In this document: piece after piece, positions 16,104-26,600 of the stretch
How positions within the stretch are numbered: position 1 is the stretch's first letter
Layout: the number at the start of each line of letters is the position of its first letter
From: an uncultured Bacteroidales bacterium
Lineage (GTDB): Bacteria > Bacteroidota > Bacteroidia > Bacteroidales > WCHB1-69
Reading direction: 5' to 3'
NCBI GenBank assembly: GCA_900319925.1
Contig: ONQE01000026.1
Span: forward strand, 1-57,924
DNA length: 57,924 nucleotides
The notes under the pieces: model-generated
Database searches by the model: none
What the model saw: the letters and a program-made list of their open reading frames with translations, nothing else
What the model was told of the DNA's origin: nothing
Position numbers and translations under genes: made by a program

Positions 16104-17522
16104 TTATTTCGCGTTTCGTGCCCGGATGATGCCGCCGGTTTTGGCCTTGCCGACGCGGATCATGTCGAGGATCGGGCGGTTGGAGGGGCAGATGAAGGCG
16201 CAGGAGCCGCACTCGATGCAGTTCATGATGCCGTACTTCTCGGTGTCGTCCCAGCGTTTCAGCTCGGTGAAAGTCTGGAGCATGTAGGGCTCGAGTCCCA
16301 TGGGGCAGACGCTGACGCACTTACCGCAGTGCAGGCAGGGGTGCACCTCGCCGCGCGCACTCTCCTCTTCGTTCATGAACAAGAGGCTGGACATGCCCTT
16401 GGCGGTGTAGGCGCCCAGGTTGGCGATGGCCTTGCCCATCATCGGGCCGCCGGAGATAATCTTGCCGGTGTCCTCGGGGATGCCCACCGACTGCAGCACG
16501 CTCAGGATCGGGGTGCCGATGCGCAGGCGGTAGTTCTTGCATTGGTCGGGGCGCAGCGAGCGGCCGGAGACCGTGGTGTAGGTCTGCACGATCGGTTTGT
16601 TCTTCTGCACGGCCAAGTAGATGGTGTACATCGTGGTGATGTTGTTGACGATGCATCCCACGGAGATGGGCAGGGCGCCGTTGGGCACGCTCCGGCCGGT
16701 GATGGCTTTGATGAGCTGTTTCTCAGCACCTTGCGGGTATTTGATGTTCAGCGGCTGCACCTCGATATTGGGGTAGCGTTTGACGGTCTCCATCAGCTTG
16801 GCGATGGCGCGGGGCTTGTTCTCCTCAATGCCGATGATGGCTTTCGGGGCGCCGGACGCGATGAGGGCAATCTCGATGCCGATCATGCACTGCTCGCAAC
16901 GCTCCAGGATGACGCGGTTGTCGGTGGAGATGTAGGGCTCGCACTCTGCGGCGTTGACAATCAGGTATTCGCACTTCTGCTCCGGCTTCAACATATATTT
17001 GATATGGGTCGGGAAGCAGGCGCCGCCAAGACCCACGATGCCGCGGTCTTTCATGCGCTCGATGATCTCCTCTTTGGTCTTCAGCTTGATGTCGTGGATG
17101 ATGTCCAATGAGGTGTCGATGCTCTCGTCCCATTCGTCGCCTTCGCGTTTGATGACCACGGCCGGTTTCTTATAGCCGGTGATGTCGGCCACCTGGTCGA
17201 TTTTGACGACGGTGCCGGAGATGGGGGCGTGGATGTTGGCGCAGACGAAGGACTCGGCCTTGCCGATGAGCTGTCCCACCTTCACCTTGTCGCCCTTTTG
17301 GACGATGGGGGTGGCGGGGGAGCCGAGGTGCTGGGTCATATAGACGACGGCCTCGTCGGGCAGCGGGAAGGTCTCCACGGGTGCCGAGTGGGCGAACTTG
17401 TTGGCGTCGGGGTGCACACCGCCCATGTGGAACGTCTTGCGGCTCAGCTTCTTGATTTCCCTTGCGCTCTCTTTGATGTTGTCCTCTATTCTTTGTTCGA
17501 TGGATGCGACTGTATTTTCCAT
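16104..17522 (-). CDS. rnfC: Rnf electron transport complex subunit C
   Basis: TFHMGGVHP, QHLGSPA, GIVGLGGACFPTHIK, NAAECEPY, KYPQGAEKQLI, GGPMMG, two 4Fe-4S motifs. Confidence 0.95.
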   Translation of the reverse strand: MENTVASIEQRIEDNIKESAREIKKLSRKTFHMGGVHPDANKFAHSAPVETFPLPDEAVVYMTQHLGSPATPIVQKGDKVKVGQLIGKAESFVCANIHAPISGTVVKIDQVADITGYKKPAVVIKREGDEWDESIDTSLDIIHDIKLKTKEEIIERMKDRGIVGLGGACFPTHIKYMLKPEQKCEYLIVNAAECEPYISTDNRVILERCEQCMIGIEIALIASGAPKAIIGIEENKPRAIAKLMETVKRYPNIEVQPLNIKYPQGAEKQLIKAITGRSVPNGALPISVGCIVNNITTMYTIYLAVQKNKPIVQTYTTVSGRSLRPDQCKNYRLRIGTPILSVLQSVGIPEDTGKIISGGPMMGKAIANLGAYTAKGMSSLLFMNEEESARGEVHPCLHCGKCVSVCPMGLEPYMLQTFTELKRWDDTEKYGIMNCIECGSCAFICPSNRPILDMIRVGKAKTGGIIRARNAK

Positions 17523-17628
17523 TTACTTTGACTTTTGACTTTGACTGTTTCCCCGGCCCTGCGGCTGTGCCTTGTGCCGGGCTACCGAGCTTTTGCCCCT
17601 GCCGGGGCTGCTCAATGAATATTTTTAT

Positions 17629-18504
17629 TTACGCTTGGGCGGGCTCAGCCACGGCTTCGGGTTGCGGTTCGGTTTTCGGGGCCTCTTTCTTGGGCGGGAA
17701 GCCGACGGTGAGGATGGCGCCGGAGGGGCACTCGTCGACGCACTTGCGGCAGGCCTTGCACTTGTGGTAGTCGATGTAGGCGAGGTTGTTCTCGACGGTG
17801 ATGGCCTCGAAGGGGCACACTTTGGCGCACTTGCCGCAGCCGATGCAGGCTGACGAGCAGTTCTTCTTGGCCACAGCGCCTTTCTCCTTGTTGTTGCAGG
17901 CCACATAGACGCGGCGGTGGTTCTTGCCTTTGTCGCGGATTTCGAGCACTTTGCGCGGGCAGGCGTTGGCGCAGGCTTTGCAACCGACGCAGAGCTCCTC
18001 GATGACCTCGGGCAGGTGTGTCTCAGGGTTGAGGTGTATGGCGTCGAACTGGCAGGCCGCCACGCAGTCGCCGCAGCCGAGGCAGCCGTAGGGGCAGGCC
18101 TTCTCGCCGGCGAACAGGGTGTTGGCGAAGGCGCAGGTGAGCGCGGAGTCGTAGAACGACTTCATAGGCGCATGCTCGCAGGTGCCGTTGCAGCGCACCG
18201 TGGAGACCTGCGGCTCATGCAGCACCGCGTTCAAGTGCATGATTTCAGCGATTTTGTTCGTGTCGCTACCGGGGCAGTAGGCCACGTTCAGGTCATTGTT
18301 CTTGACGATGGCCTCCGCCATGGCGCGGCATCCAGCGAAACCGCAGCCGCCACAGTTGGCGTTGGGCAGGCACGCCTGCACCAGGTCGATGCGCGGGTCT
18401 TCCTCCACGTGGAAGAACTTCGACACGAAATAGAGAATCACAGCGGCGATAAGACCTGTAAGTCCCACTGTTAGAGCCGCATACAAAATTGTTGTTGTTG
18501 CCAT
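17629..18504 (-). CDS. rnfB: Rnf electron transport complex subunit B
   Basis: N-terminal TM helix, LPNANCGGCGFAGC, C.YGCLGCGDC, multiple ferredoxin motifs; start re-called at MATTT. Confidence 0.93.
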   Translation of the reverse strand: MATTTILYAALTVGLTGLIAAVILYFVSKFFHVEEDPRIDLVQACLPNANCGGCGFAGCRAMAEAIVKNNDLNVAYCPGSDTNKIAEIMHLNAVLHEPQVSTVRCNGTCEHAPMKSFYDSALTCAFANTLFAGEKACPYGCLGCGDCVAACQFDAIHLNPETHLPEVIEELCVGCKACANACPRKVLEIRDKGKNHRRVYVACNNKEKGAVAKKNCSSACIGCGKCAKVCPFEAITVENNLAYIDYHKCKACRKCVDECPSGAILTVGFPPKKEAPKTEPQPEAVAEPAQA

Positions 18505-18550
18505 AATCTCGTCAGATTTAAGGGCGCAAATATACAAATTTTATAAACTA

Positions 18551-19411
18551 CTACACTAACTCGCGCACCCATCTTTCCGCGTCTCCGGGAAGGAGGCTGA
18601 CGGGCGGGATTTCGATCATCGTGTAGGCCCCGAAGCGCTGCTGGTCGCGCAGGCGTACTGCCGCGCGGGCACAGGCGGCCAGGACCTGTCCGGTGAGTGC
18701 GGGGTTGTTGATGCTCATGTTGAACTCGAAGCGCTGGTTGTGGGTGCTGCCGCTCACGCCGTGCCGTTCCAGATGCACACCGTGGGCCACGTTGTTGAGG
18801 GCGTCCACGGAGGGAACCGCCACCACGTGCGTCTCGTCATGGGCGAAGTAGTCGTCGGCGAGCAGAAGCCGTTCCACCTCGTGGAAGTCCGCTCCCTCCT
18901 CCAACTCGATATAGACCATCCGGCGGTGTATGCCGGTGCCCAAGGGTATGGTCATGGAGAGGGCGTTTTTCACGCCGGGGATGGCCTTGGCGGCAACGGT
19001 GTGCCCCATGCTTCTGCCGGGGCCGAAGTTGGTGTAGGTGAGTCCTTTGGGGGCGATGGCGGTGAGCAGGGCGCGCACCACGGAGTCGGAGCCCGGATCC
19101 CAGCCGGCGGCGATGATGCTCACCGCCCCGTGGGCCGTCGCCACAGGTGTCAGCCGGGCGCGCAGGTCGCCGATCTGCCCGTGGATGTCGAAACTGTCAA
19201 CGGTGCAGATGCCGCGTTGGAGCAGTCTCTCCGCGTAGGCGGGTACCTCGCGGGTGGGCGTGCACAACGCCGCCACGTCCGCGTCGATGTTGTCCAGATT
19301 GTCGTTGTGATGGAAGATTCCGGCCAACTGCAGGTCCTCGGCGGCCAACACCGCCTGTTCCACGGCCTGACCGATGTTGCCGTAGCCGATAATTGCGATT
19401 CTCGTTTGCAT
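18551..19411 (-). CDS. ddh: meso-diaminopimelate D-dehydrogenase
   Basis: IAIIGYGNIG, TVDSFDIH, AGWDPGSDS, TYTNFGPGRSMGH, NNPALT. Confidence 0.93.
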   Translation of the reverse strand: MQTRIAIIGYGNIGQAVEQAVLAAEDLQLAGIFHHNDNLDNIDADVAALCTPTREVPAYAERLLQRGICTVDSFDIHGQIGDLRARLTPVATAHGAVSIIAAGWDPGSDSVVRALLTAIAPKGLTYTNFGPGRSMGHTVAAKAIPGVKNALSMTIPLGTGIHRRMVYIELEEGADFHEVERLLLADDYFAHDETHVVAVPSVDALNNVAHGVHLERHGVSGSTHNQRFEFNMSINNPALTGQVLAACARAAVRLRDQQRFGAYTMIEIPPVSLLPGDAERWVRELV

Positions 19412-19514
19412 AGTGATTCTTTTTTAAAGGCGCAAAAATAGAAAAAATCGGTTTTCGTCGGCAAGTGTCGGCACCGAAAAAATCGTATCTTTGCCGCCCC
19501 AAATAAATAAAGGT

Positions 19515-20183
19515 ATGAAAATCCTGTCGAACATCATCCTCGTTACTGCCGCCGCGATGCTTCTCGCGGCCTGCACCCACACGGAAACCACCCAATACCC
19601 CAGCGGCCGTGTCCAGTCCGTCATCCAATACAAAGGGAAAAAGGAGCACGGCAAGACTATCTATTACTATGACAACCCCAATATCGTGGAAATGGAGGTG
19701 GAGATGCGCAACGGCAAGCGTAACGGCGAGTTCCACCGCTACTACAGGAACGGTGCCTTGGACACCTACTGCGTCTATGTGAACGATTCCATCGAGGGGC
19801 TGGAGGTGATGTACACGGCCAACGGTTGTAAAAGTCAGGAATACACCTATTTGCATGGAAAGAAAACCGGTCCGCACAAAGCCTACCACCTCGACGGTAG
19901 CCTCAAGATTGAGGGAGGTTTCAAGGACGATCTCTTCGACGGCGATTGGAACTACTACGACGAGCGTGGCGTGCCTGTGGGGAACGGTGAGTTCCATAAT
20001 GGCGACGGCGAAGTGACGTTCTACGACAAAAACGGCCGCCCCGAGCGTACCACCCACTACAAACACAACCAGAAGGACGGTGCGGAGCTCTATTACACCC
20101 CCTCCGGCGCGGTGTGGCGCGAAATCACCTTCAAGGAAGACCGCATCATTGCCGACAAAACCGACTCCACCCTGCTGAAGTAA
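19515..20183 (+). CDS. MORN-variant repeat (YwqK-like) lipoprotein
   Basis: Lipobox LAAC; repeated G..hG....YY.NG motifs. Confidence 0.85.
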   Translation: MKILSNIILVTAAAMLLAACTHTETTQYPSGRVQSVIQYKGKKEHGKTIYYYDNPNIVEMEVEMRNGKRNGEFHRYYRNGALDTYCVYVNDSIEGLEVMYTANGCKSQEYTYLHGKKTGPHKAYHLDGSLKIEGGFKDDLFDGDWNYYDERGVPVGNGEFHNGDGEVTFYDKNGRPERTTHYKHNQKDGAELYYTPSGAVWREITFKEDRIIADKTDSTLLK

Positions 20184-20186
20184 TCC

Positions 20187-21682
20187 ATGCGGAGAACATT
20201 CGCCATAGTGGTCTTGGTCATGCTGTGTCTTGGCCAAATGCGCGGGCAGGGGGAACGGCGCATCCTTTACCGTGCCGATATGGGCTACTACGACGAGGAT
20301 GCCTACCCCGGCGCACAACGCCTCATCGGCAATGTCAAGTTCAAGCAGGACAATGTGATAGGCTACTGCGACAGTGCCTACCTCTATGAGGCGGACAACT
20401 ACATCGTCGCATACGGCAACCCCGTCCGATTCGTCATCAGCGATTCCATCCACCTGCACGGTCACCGCGCCACCTATAATGGCGACCTCCGGCAGGCTGT
20501 GCTCGCCGGAAAGGTGCGGCTCGAGAACGGGAAGTCCTACCTTCTGACCGACAGCCTCTTCTACGACCTCAACATCGACTGCGGCTACTACCTGACACGC
20601 TCACCAGCCTCATCGGCCGATACTACACCAACAGCGACGATGCCTACCTCCACGATTCCGTCCTTTTGCGCAGCAGCACCTATCGGATGGACTGTGACTC
20701 ACTGCGTTACAACGCCAGCAGCAAGATAGCCTACTTCATCTCACCCACGCACCTCGTCAATGAGGAGAACACGATTTTCACCGACCGCGGCCTGTACAAT
20801 ACCGAGACCGATATCTCCATCCTCTATGGCAATGTCCAGCTTTTAGGGGAGAAACAGCAGCTTTTCGCCGACAGCATCTATTACGACCAGCAGTTGCGGT
20901 TCGGTCGGGCTTGGAACCACGCCCGCTTCATCGACACGGCCAACAACCTCATAGTCGCCGGCAACTATCTCGAGCATCACGAGAAGGGCGGTACCTCCAT
21001 TGCCACGGACAGCAACCTCCTGATCTATATCGATGACAACTACGACACGCTCTTCCTGCACTGCGACACGTTGTTTGTGGATTTCGACACTGCCTCCAAT
21101 CCTACGCTCCTGCGTGCCTTCTTCCATACCAAATTCCAGCATAAGGATCTTCAAGGCGCTTGCGATTCCATGGTTTACAATGTTGAAGATTCGCTGTTGG
21201 TGATGTATTACAATCCGGTGTTTTGGTCTGATAACTACCAGCTTTCCGGCGACACGGTGCGGTTTACCATACTCGACTCCGTCCATTCCACCATCGAACT
21301 CTGCAAGTCGGGGTTCATTGTGGGCGGTCTCTTCGAAGACACGGAGTTCAACCAAATCAAGGGCTTGAACATTATTGGCCATTTGGAGCATAAGAACCTG
21401 CAACGTGTTGACATTGTGGGGAATGCGGAATGTGTCTATTATATCCAAGAGGAGGACAGCTCGTTAGTGGGCGTCAACACGTCCATTACGAGCGAGATGC
21501 GCATCTTCCTCGACAGCAACCATATACGGCAGATACGCTACTACGATGCGCCGAACGGGTATGTCCATCCTGACGAGAAGATGGAGGAAAAAGACCGCAA
21601 GTTGCAAGGTTTCCGCTGGTTGGACATCTATCGTCCGCGAAAACCCGAGGATCTCTTTGTGATGCCGGTGCCGAGAATGTAG
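20187..21682 (+). pseudogene. OstA-like (LptA/LptD N-terminal beta-jellyroll) protein, frameshifted near 20595
   Basis: Frame 1 (GNVKFKQDNVIGYCDSAYLY..LLTDSLFYD..GYYL) continues in another frame (DTLTSLIGRYYTNSDDAYLHDSV..CDSLRY..QGACDSMVY). Repeated xDS motifs are typical of this family. Confidence 0.75.
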
Positions 21683-21705
21683 AATCCAGAATAGCAGCCT
21701 TCCCC

Positions 21706-23484
21706 ATGAATGAGCATATCCAACTGATTCTGCGCTCCCTGCCTGAGAAACCGGGTGTCTATCGTTTCTACGATGACAAGGGGGTGGTCATCTATGTCGG
21801 CAAGGCCAAGCGACTGAAACGGCGGGTGTCGTCCTATTTCAACAAGGACCACGATTCGGCGAAGGTGCGGATGCTGGTGACCAAAATCCGGGACATCGAG
21901 ACGGTGGTGGTCGATAGTGAGTGGGATGCTCTGCTCTTGGAGAACAGCATGATCAAGCAGTTCAAGCCGAAGTACAACATCCTGTTGAAAGATGACAAGA
22001 CCTACCCGTGGATTGCGGTCACGAGGGAGACGTACCCGCGGATTTTCCCGACGCGCCGCCCCGATTCGGCCACGATGCAGCTTTTCGGACCCTACTCGTC
22101 GGTGAAGCAGATGAACGTGCTGTTGGACCTGATCCACGACATGTTCCCGTTACGCAACTGCAAGATACTTCGGAACAACGACCGTCCCTGTATGCAGTAC
22201 CAGATCAAGAAGTGTGCCGCCCCGTGCTGCGGGCTCATCACGGCGGAGGAGTATCAAGCGAATATTGCGAAAGCGGTGCAGATTATCAAAGGAAACCGCA
22301 AGGAGGTGATCCGGGAGCTGCGCGACGAGATGATGCGCTACGCCGACGAGTGGAAGTTCGAGCAGGCTGGCGAGGTGAAGCGGAAGATCGAGGCCTTGGA
22401 GAACTTCATCGGGAAGTCGGTGGTTGTGAACCCATCGCTCACCGATATGGATGTGTTCGGGATGGAGGAGGATGCGGATAACAACTGCTTCTACGTCAGC
22501 TTCTTGCGGGTTGTTGACGGTGCGGTGGTGCAGGCGCACACCTTAGAGGTCGGCAACCGGATGGAGACGACTCGCGAGGACGCGCTGTGGGCCGGCATCC
22601 TCGAAATCCGCGACCGTGTGGGAGGTCTCTCCTCCACACTGTTGGTGCCCTTCACCCCCGAGCTCGTCCCCGAGGAGTGGAATCTGCAGGTCCCCCAGCG
22701 CGGCGACAAGCGCAAGCTGCTGGAGCTGGCTCTCCATAACGCCCATTTCTATATGCTCGAGAAACGGAAGCGGCAGGACCTCGCCGATCCCGACCGTCGC
22801 CATATACGCGTGCTGCAGTCGTTGCAGGAGGCTTTGGGGATGAAGACGTTGCCGCGCCGCATCGAGTGTTTCGACAACTCCAACACCCAGGGCGAGGAGC
22901 CTGTGGCTGCCATGAGTTGCTTCATCGACGGCAAGCCTGCGAAGAGCGAATACCGACACTTTCTCATCAAGACGGTGGTCGGTGCCAACGACTTCGCCTC
23001 CATGGAGGAGATTATCTACCGTCGCTACCACCGGCTGTTGGAGGAGAACAAGCCGTTGCCCGACTTGGTGGTCATCGACGGCGGCAAGGGGCAGCTGACC
23101 TCTGCCTGGAACGCCTTGAAGGCGCTGCACATCGAGGACCGTTTCATGATGGTGGGCATCGCCGAGCGGTTGGAGGACATCTACAAGGTCGGCGACCAGT
23201 ATCCGATCTATATGGACAAGCGTTCGGAGGCGCAGAAGCTGTTGCAGCACGTCCGTGACGAGGTGCACCGTTTCGGCATCACCCACCACCGCAAGCGTCG
23301 CGCCAAAACGAGCATCGCCTCTGTGTTGGATGACGCTCCGGGTATCGGAAAGGTGTTGAAGACCAAGCTGTTGCGGGAGTTCAAGAGTGTCGCGAAAATC
23401 AAAGCCGCCACCGAGCCCGAATTGGCTGCCGTCATCGGTCCGAAGAAGGCTGCGGATTTAAAGGCATATCTCAACCAAAAATAG
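21706..23484 (+). CDS. uvrC: Excinuclease ABC subunit C
   Basis: GIY-YIG PGVYRF..IYVGKAK, KPKYNILLKDDKTYP, RIECFDNS, DGGKGQL, RDEVHRF, C-terminal HhH. Confidence 0.97.
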   Translation: MNEHIQLILRSLPEKPGVYRFYDDKGVVIYVGKAKRLKRRVSSYFNKDHDSAKVRMLVTKIRDIETVVVDSEWDALLLENSMIKQFKPKYNILLKDDKTYPWIAVTRETYPRIFPTRRPDSATMQLFGPYSSVKQMNVLLDLIHDMFPLRNCKILRNNDRPCMQYQIKKCAAPCCGLITAEEYQANIAKAVQIIKGNRKEVIRELRDEMMRYADEWKFEQAGEVKRKIEALENFIGKSVVVNPSLTDMDVFGMEEDADNNCFYVSFLRVVDGAVVQAHTLEVGNRMETTREDALWAGILEIRDRVGGLSSTLLVPFTPELVPEEWNLQVPQRGDKRKLLELALHNAHFYMLEKRKRQDLADPDRRHIRVLQSLQEALGMKTLPRRIECFDNSNTQGEEPVAAMSCFIDGKPAKSEYRHFLIKTVVGANDFASMEEIIYRRYHRLLEENKPLPDLVVIDGGKGQLTSAWNALKALHIEDRFMMVGIAERLEDIYKVGDQYPIYMDKRSEAQKLLQHVRDEVHRFGITHHRKRRAKTSIASVLDDAPGIGKVLKTKLLREFKSVAKIKAATEPELAAVIGPKKAADLKAYLNQK

Positions 23485-23693
23485 CCGAAGTTTAGGTTTT
23501 GGTAAAAAAAAACTATGTTTTCTGCAGAATTTTTTTTCTCATGTAAAAAAAAATGTATTTTTGCAGATTGATTAGGTATGTTGAGTAAATTTGTATTATG
23601 CTGATAATTAGCGTTTAACGAGATTGAAGGGTTGGAAAGGAATGTCAAAAATAGAACGTATATAAATATTTATAACAATAAAAAACAGTTAGT

Positions 23694-26600
23694 ATGAAAA
23701 AAGTAACTACGCTTTTGAGAGGATTTTTCCTCCTCGTTTGCTGCCTCGCGATAGCGAGTTTGGCAACGGCCCAGACCAACTGGGGCGGATGGTGCTATCG
23801 CGATTACAGCAGCGATGGCACGTTCACGGTGCCGGCCAACTGCACCCAACTCTACATTGAGGCTATCGGTGCCGGCGGCGGCGGCGGTAATGCTGTTGCA
23901 CCGTCGATATTGACACCGAATCACACCAGTACCGGTACTGGCGGTGGCGGCGGCGCGTATGCCCGTAAGCACGTCACAAACCCGTCTGGCAATTACACCA
24001 TCACGATTGGTGTCGGTGGTGGTCCTGCTGCGGCAGGTGGTGCGACCACGGTGACCGGTACAGGCTGTAGCATCACAGCCGGCGGCGGCCAGCCGGGTCA
24101 AAGCGATATACACGGAACTGGATCAACTGGAACTGGTGGAAGCGGCGGCTCGGCCTCTGGTGGTGATGCAAACCACTCAGGTGGACGAGGTGGTAAAGTT
24201 TGCGACAACAGAGATTCTGAGGCAGGAAGTCTTCATGACAGAGTCGGTTCTGGTGCCGGTGGCGGTGGAAGTGTCCACGGGTTATCCAACAACTACTCCT
24301 CTGTCTCCACGTGGTACAAAGGTGGTAATGGAGGAGCAGGCCAGAATGGTGGCTCCGGTTGGGGAAATGGCGATACTGGCGGTTATCCCGGCGGTGGTGG
24401 AAGCGGTGCTCGTACGAAAGGATATCAAGGCGATAAGTCTGGTGGTCGCGGAGCCAACGGCTTCGTCCGCGTATGGTTCTACACCGAGAAAAGCGAGCCG
24501 CTTACGGTCAGCATTGAGAACCAATCCACGACCTGCCCTTATACACTGAAAGCGACAACTTCCAACTACCTCTTCACCAACACGCTCCAATGGAACACGG
24601 GAGCAACGGGCTCAACCCTCGCCAATCTGAGCCCGTCCAGCAATACCACTTACTCAGCGACGGTGACGGACAAGCACAACTACGCTTCACACACCTGCCA
24701 AATCACCAGCACTGCAAGCATTGAGGTGAACAAGTGTCAGGATTGCGGCGTCACCATCGCTTCGGCTACGGCTTCAGCCAGCGAGGTTTGCGTAGGCGGA
24801 CCCTCTTTTCTGTCCGCCACGCTGGAGTCCGTTGACGACAACGCCAGTTATGCATGGTCTGTTAACAATTACAATGCCGGCACAAATACTTCTTTAAATT
24901 ATATGGTTACACCTACCAGTACTACCACATACACCATTAAGGTGACAATTACCAAGGGTACCTGCACAGCCTCCGACACGCGCAACATCACCGTGGCGGT
25001 GAACGATAGGGTCGATCCGACTTTCGCCTCCTTGTTCAATGACGGATATTGTGCAAGCACTCTCCCGGCAGTAGACGACCTCCCGACTACTTCCGACAAT
25101 AGCATCACGGGAACTTGGGCGTACAGTACTTCCGATTCCACGTACACGTTCACGCCCGCCGCGGGCCAGTGTGCTAACAAATTCACCAAAAAGGTCACGA
25201 TCTCCGACGACCCGACCCCGGGTACCATTGAGCCCGACATCGTGGTTTGTGACAATCAAACGATCTACACCTTCAACAATGCGACATCCGCCGCGGGCGG
25301 CATCAACGGCTCCTACGCCTGGCAGGTGAGCCTCGATCAGAACACCTGGGCGCCTATTCCCAATGCCAACAGCGCTCAATACGCTCCCATGACGGATCTG
25401 ACCGCCATGGCCACTCTGTTGGATGCCAATGCCACGGGTACATTCTATTTCCGCAGAGCTTGGACAAACGGTTGCGGGGACGTCTATTCCAACGTCCTCT
25501 CGTTAGACAACCCGGGCACGCTTACCCCGGGCTCCCTCACTGCGGATGGCGATCAGACTGGCGCATACTGCGCGGATGTGGCCGTCACAGCTACTCTGAC
25601 TGCCCACCCGAATGCCGCCGGACTCCCGAATGCGACATTCAGCGTCAAGTGGCAGAAGAAAGATTCGAATGGCGATTGGGTGGACATCCCCAGTGCCGAA
25701 GGCTACACCTATATGGTCTCCCTCGATCCGGTGCAGGAAGGCAGCTATCGCTACTTGGCCAAATACTCCAGCTGCGATTGGATGACCTCCAACAACACGT
25801 ATGACATCACGGTCAAGGAGCTTCCGGACGTGAAAATCAATAACGAGCTCCAAGCTGCCGTTTCGCTGTGCGCAGGCGGCTCGGTTGAAGTGACCGCTTC
25901 TGGCGCTGATACTTACTTGTGGAGCAATGGCGGCACTACGGCTACCGTCACCCTCACCGCTCCCGAAACTTACACCGTCGTGGGCACACTCAATGGCTGC
26001 GAAAACGAGGCTACCGTGACCGTCACGGAGAAAGCGCTTCCGACTGTGAAAATCAACGGTGAGAGCGCTTACACCCTTGAGAAGTGTGCAGGTGCCACCG
26101 TTGAGCTGACCGCCACTGGCGCCGTCGACTACACCTGGTCCCCGGCTGATGGCCTGACCATTACCGATGCGGAGCACGGCTCCACGGCCACCCTCACGGG
26201 CACCGGCAACTACACGGTCACTGGCGTCGATGCGAACGGTTGCTCGAACACGGCCACCGCGGCCATCACGGAAAGTGCGCTTCCCGTGGTCAATAGCATC
26301 ACAGCTCCCACGGACCTTTGTCCGGGCAAGACCTCATACGAACTGCAAGCGGACATCACCTCCAGCGCAGCCATCGACACCTACACGTGGGGCGGAAACG
26401 CCACGGGCAGCACTGCCACGGGTACCGTCACCGCCACGCTGCCCAACTGCGGACAGACTTACAGCTACTCCCTCAAGGTGACGGATGAAAAGGGCTGTGA
26501 AAGCGCCGTTAAGACCGGCAGCTTCACCACCACCACGCCCACGATGACAATTGGTACGATCAGCAGCATGGAGGCTGTCAAGAGCGCTGAGAATTGCAAG

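Noticed and set aside
17550-17608. GC-rich structured spacer between rnfB and rnfC as an ncRNA
   Set aside because: Short, single-copy here, and looks like a degenerate REP/REPIN fragment or mRNA-stabilising hairpin.
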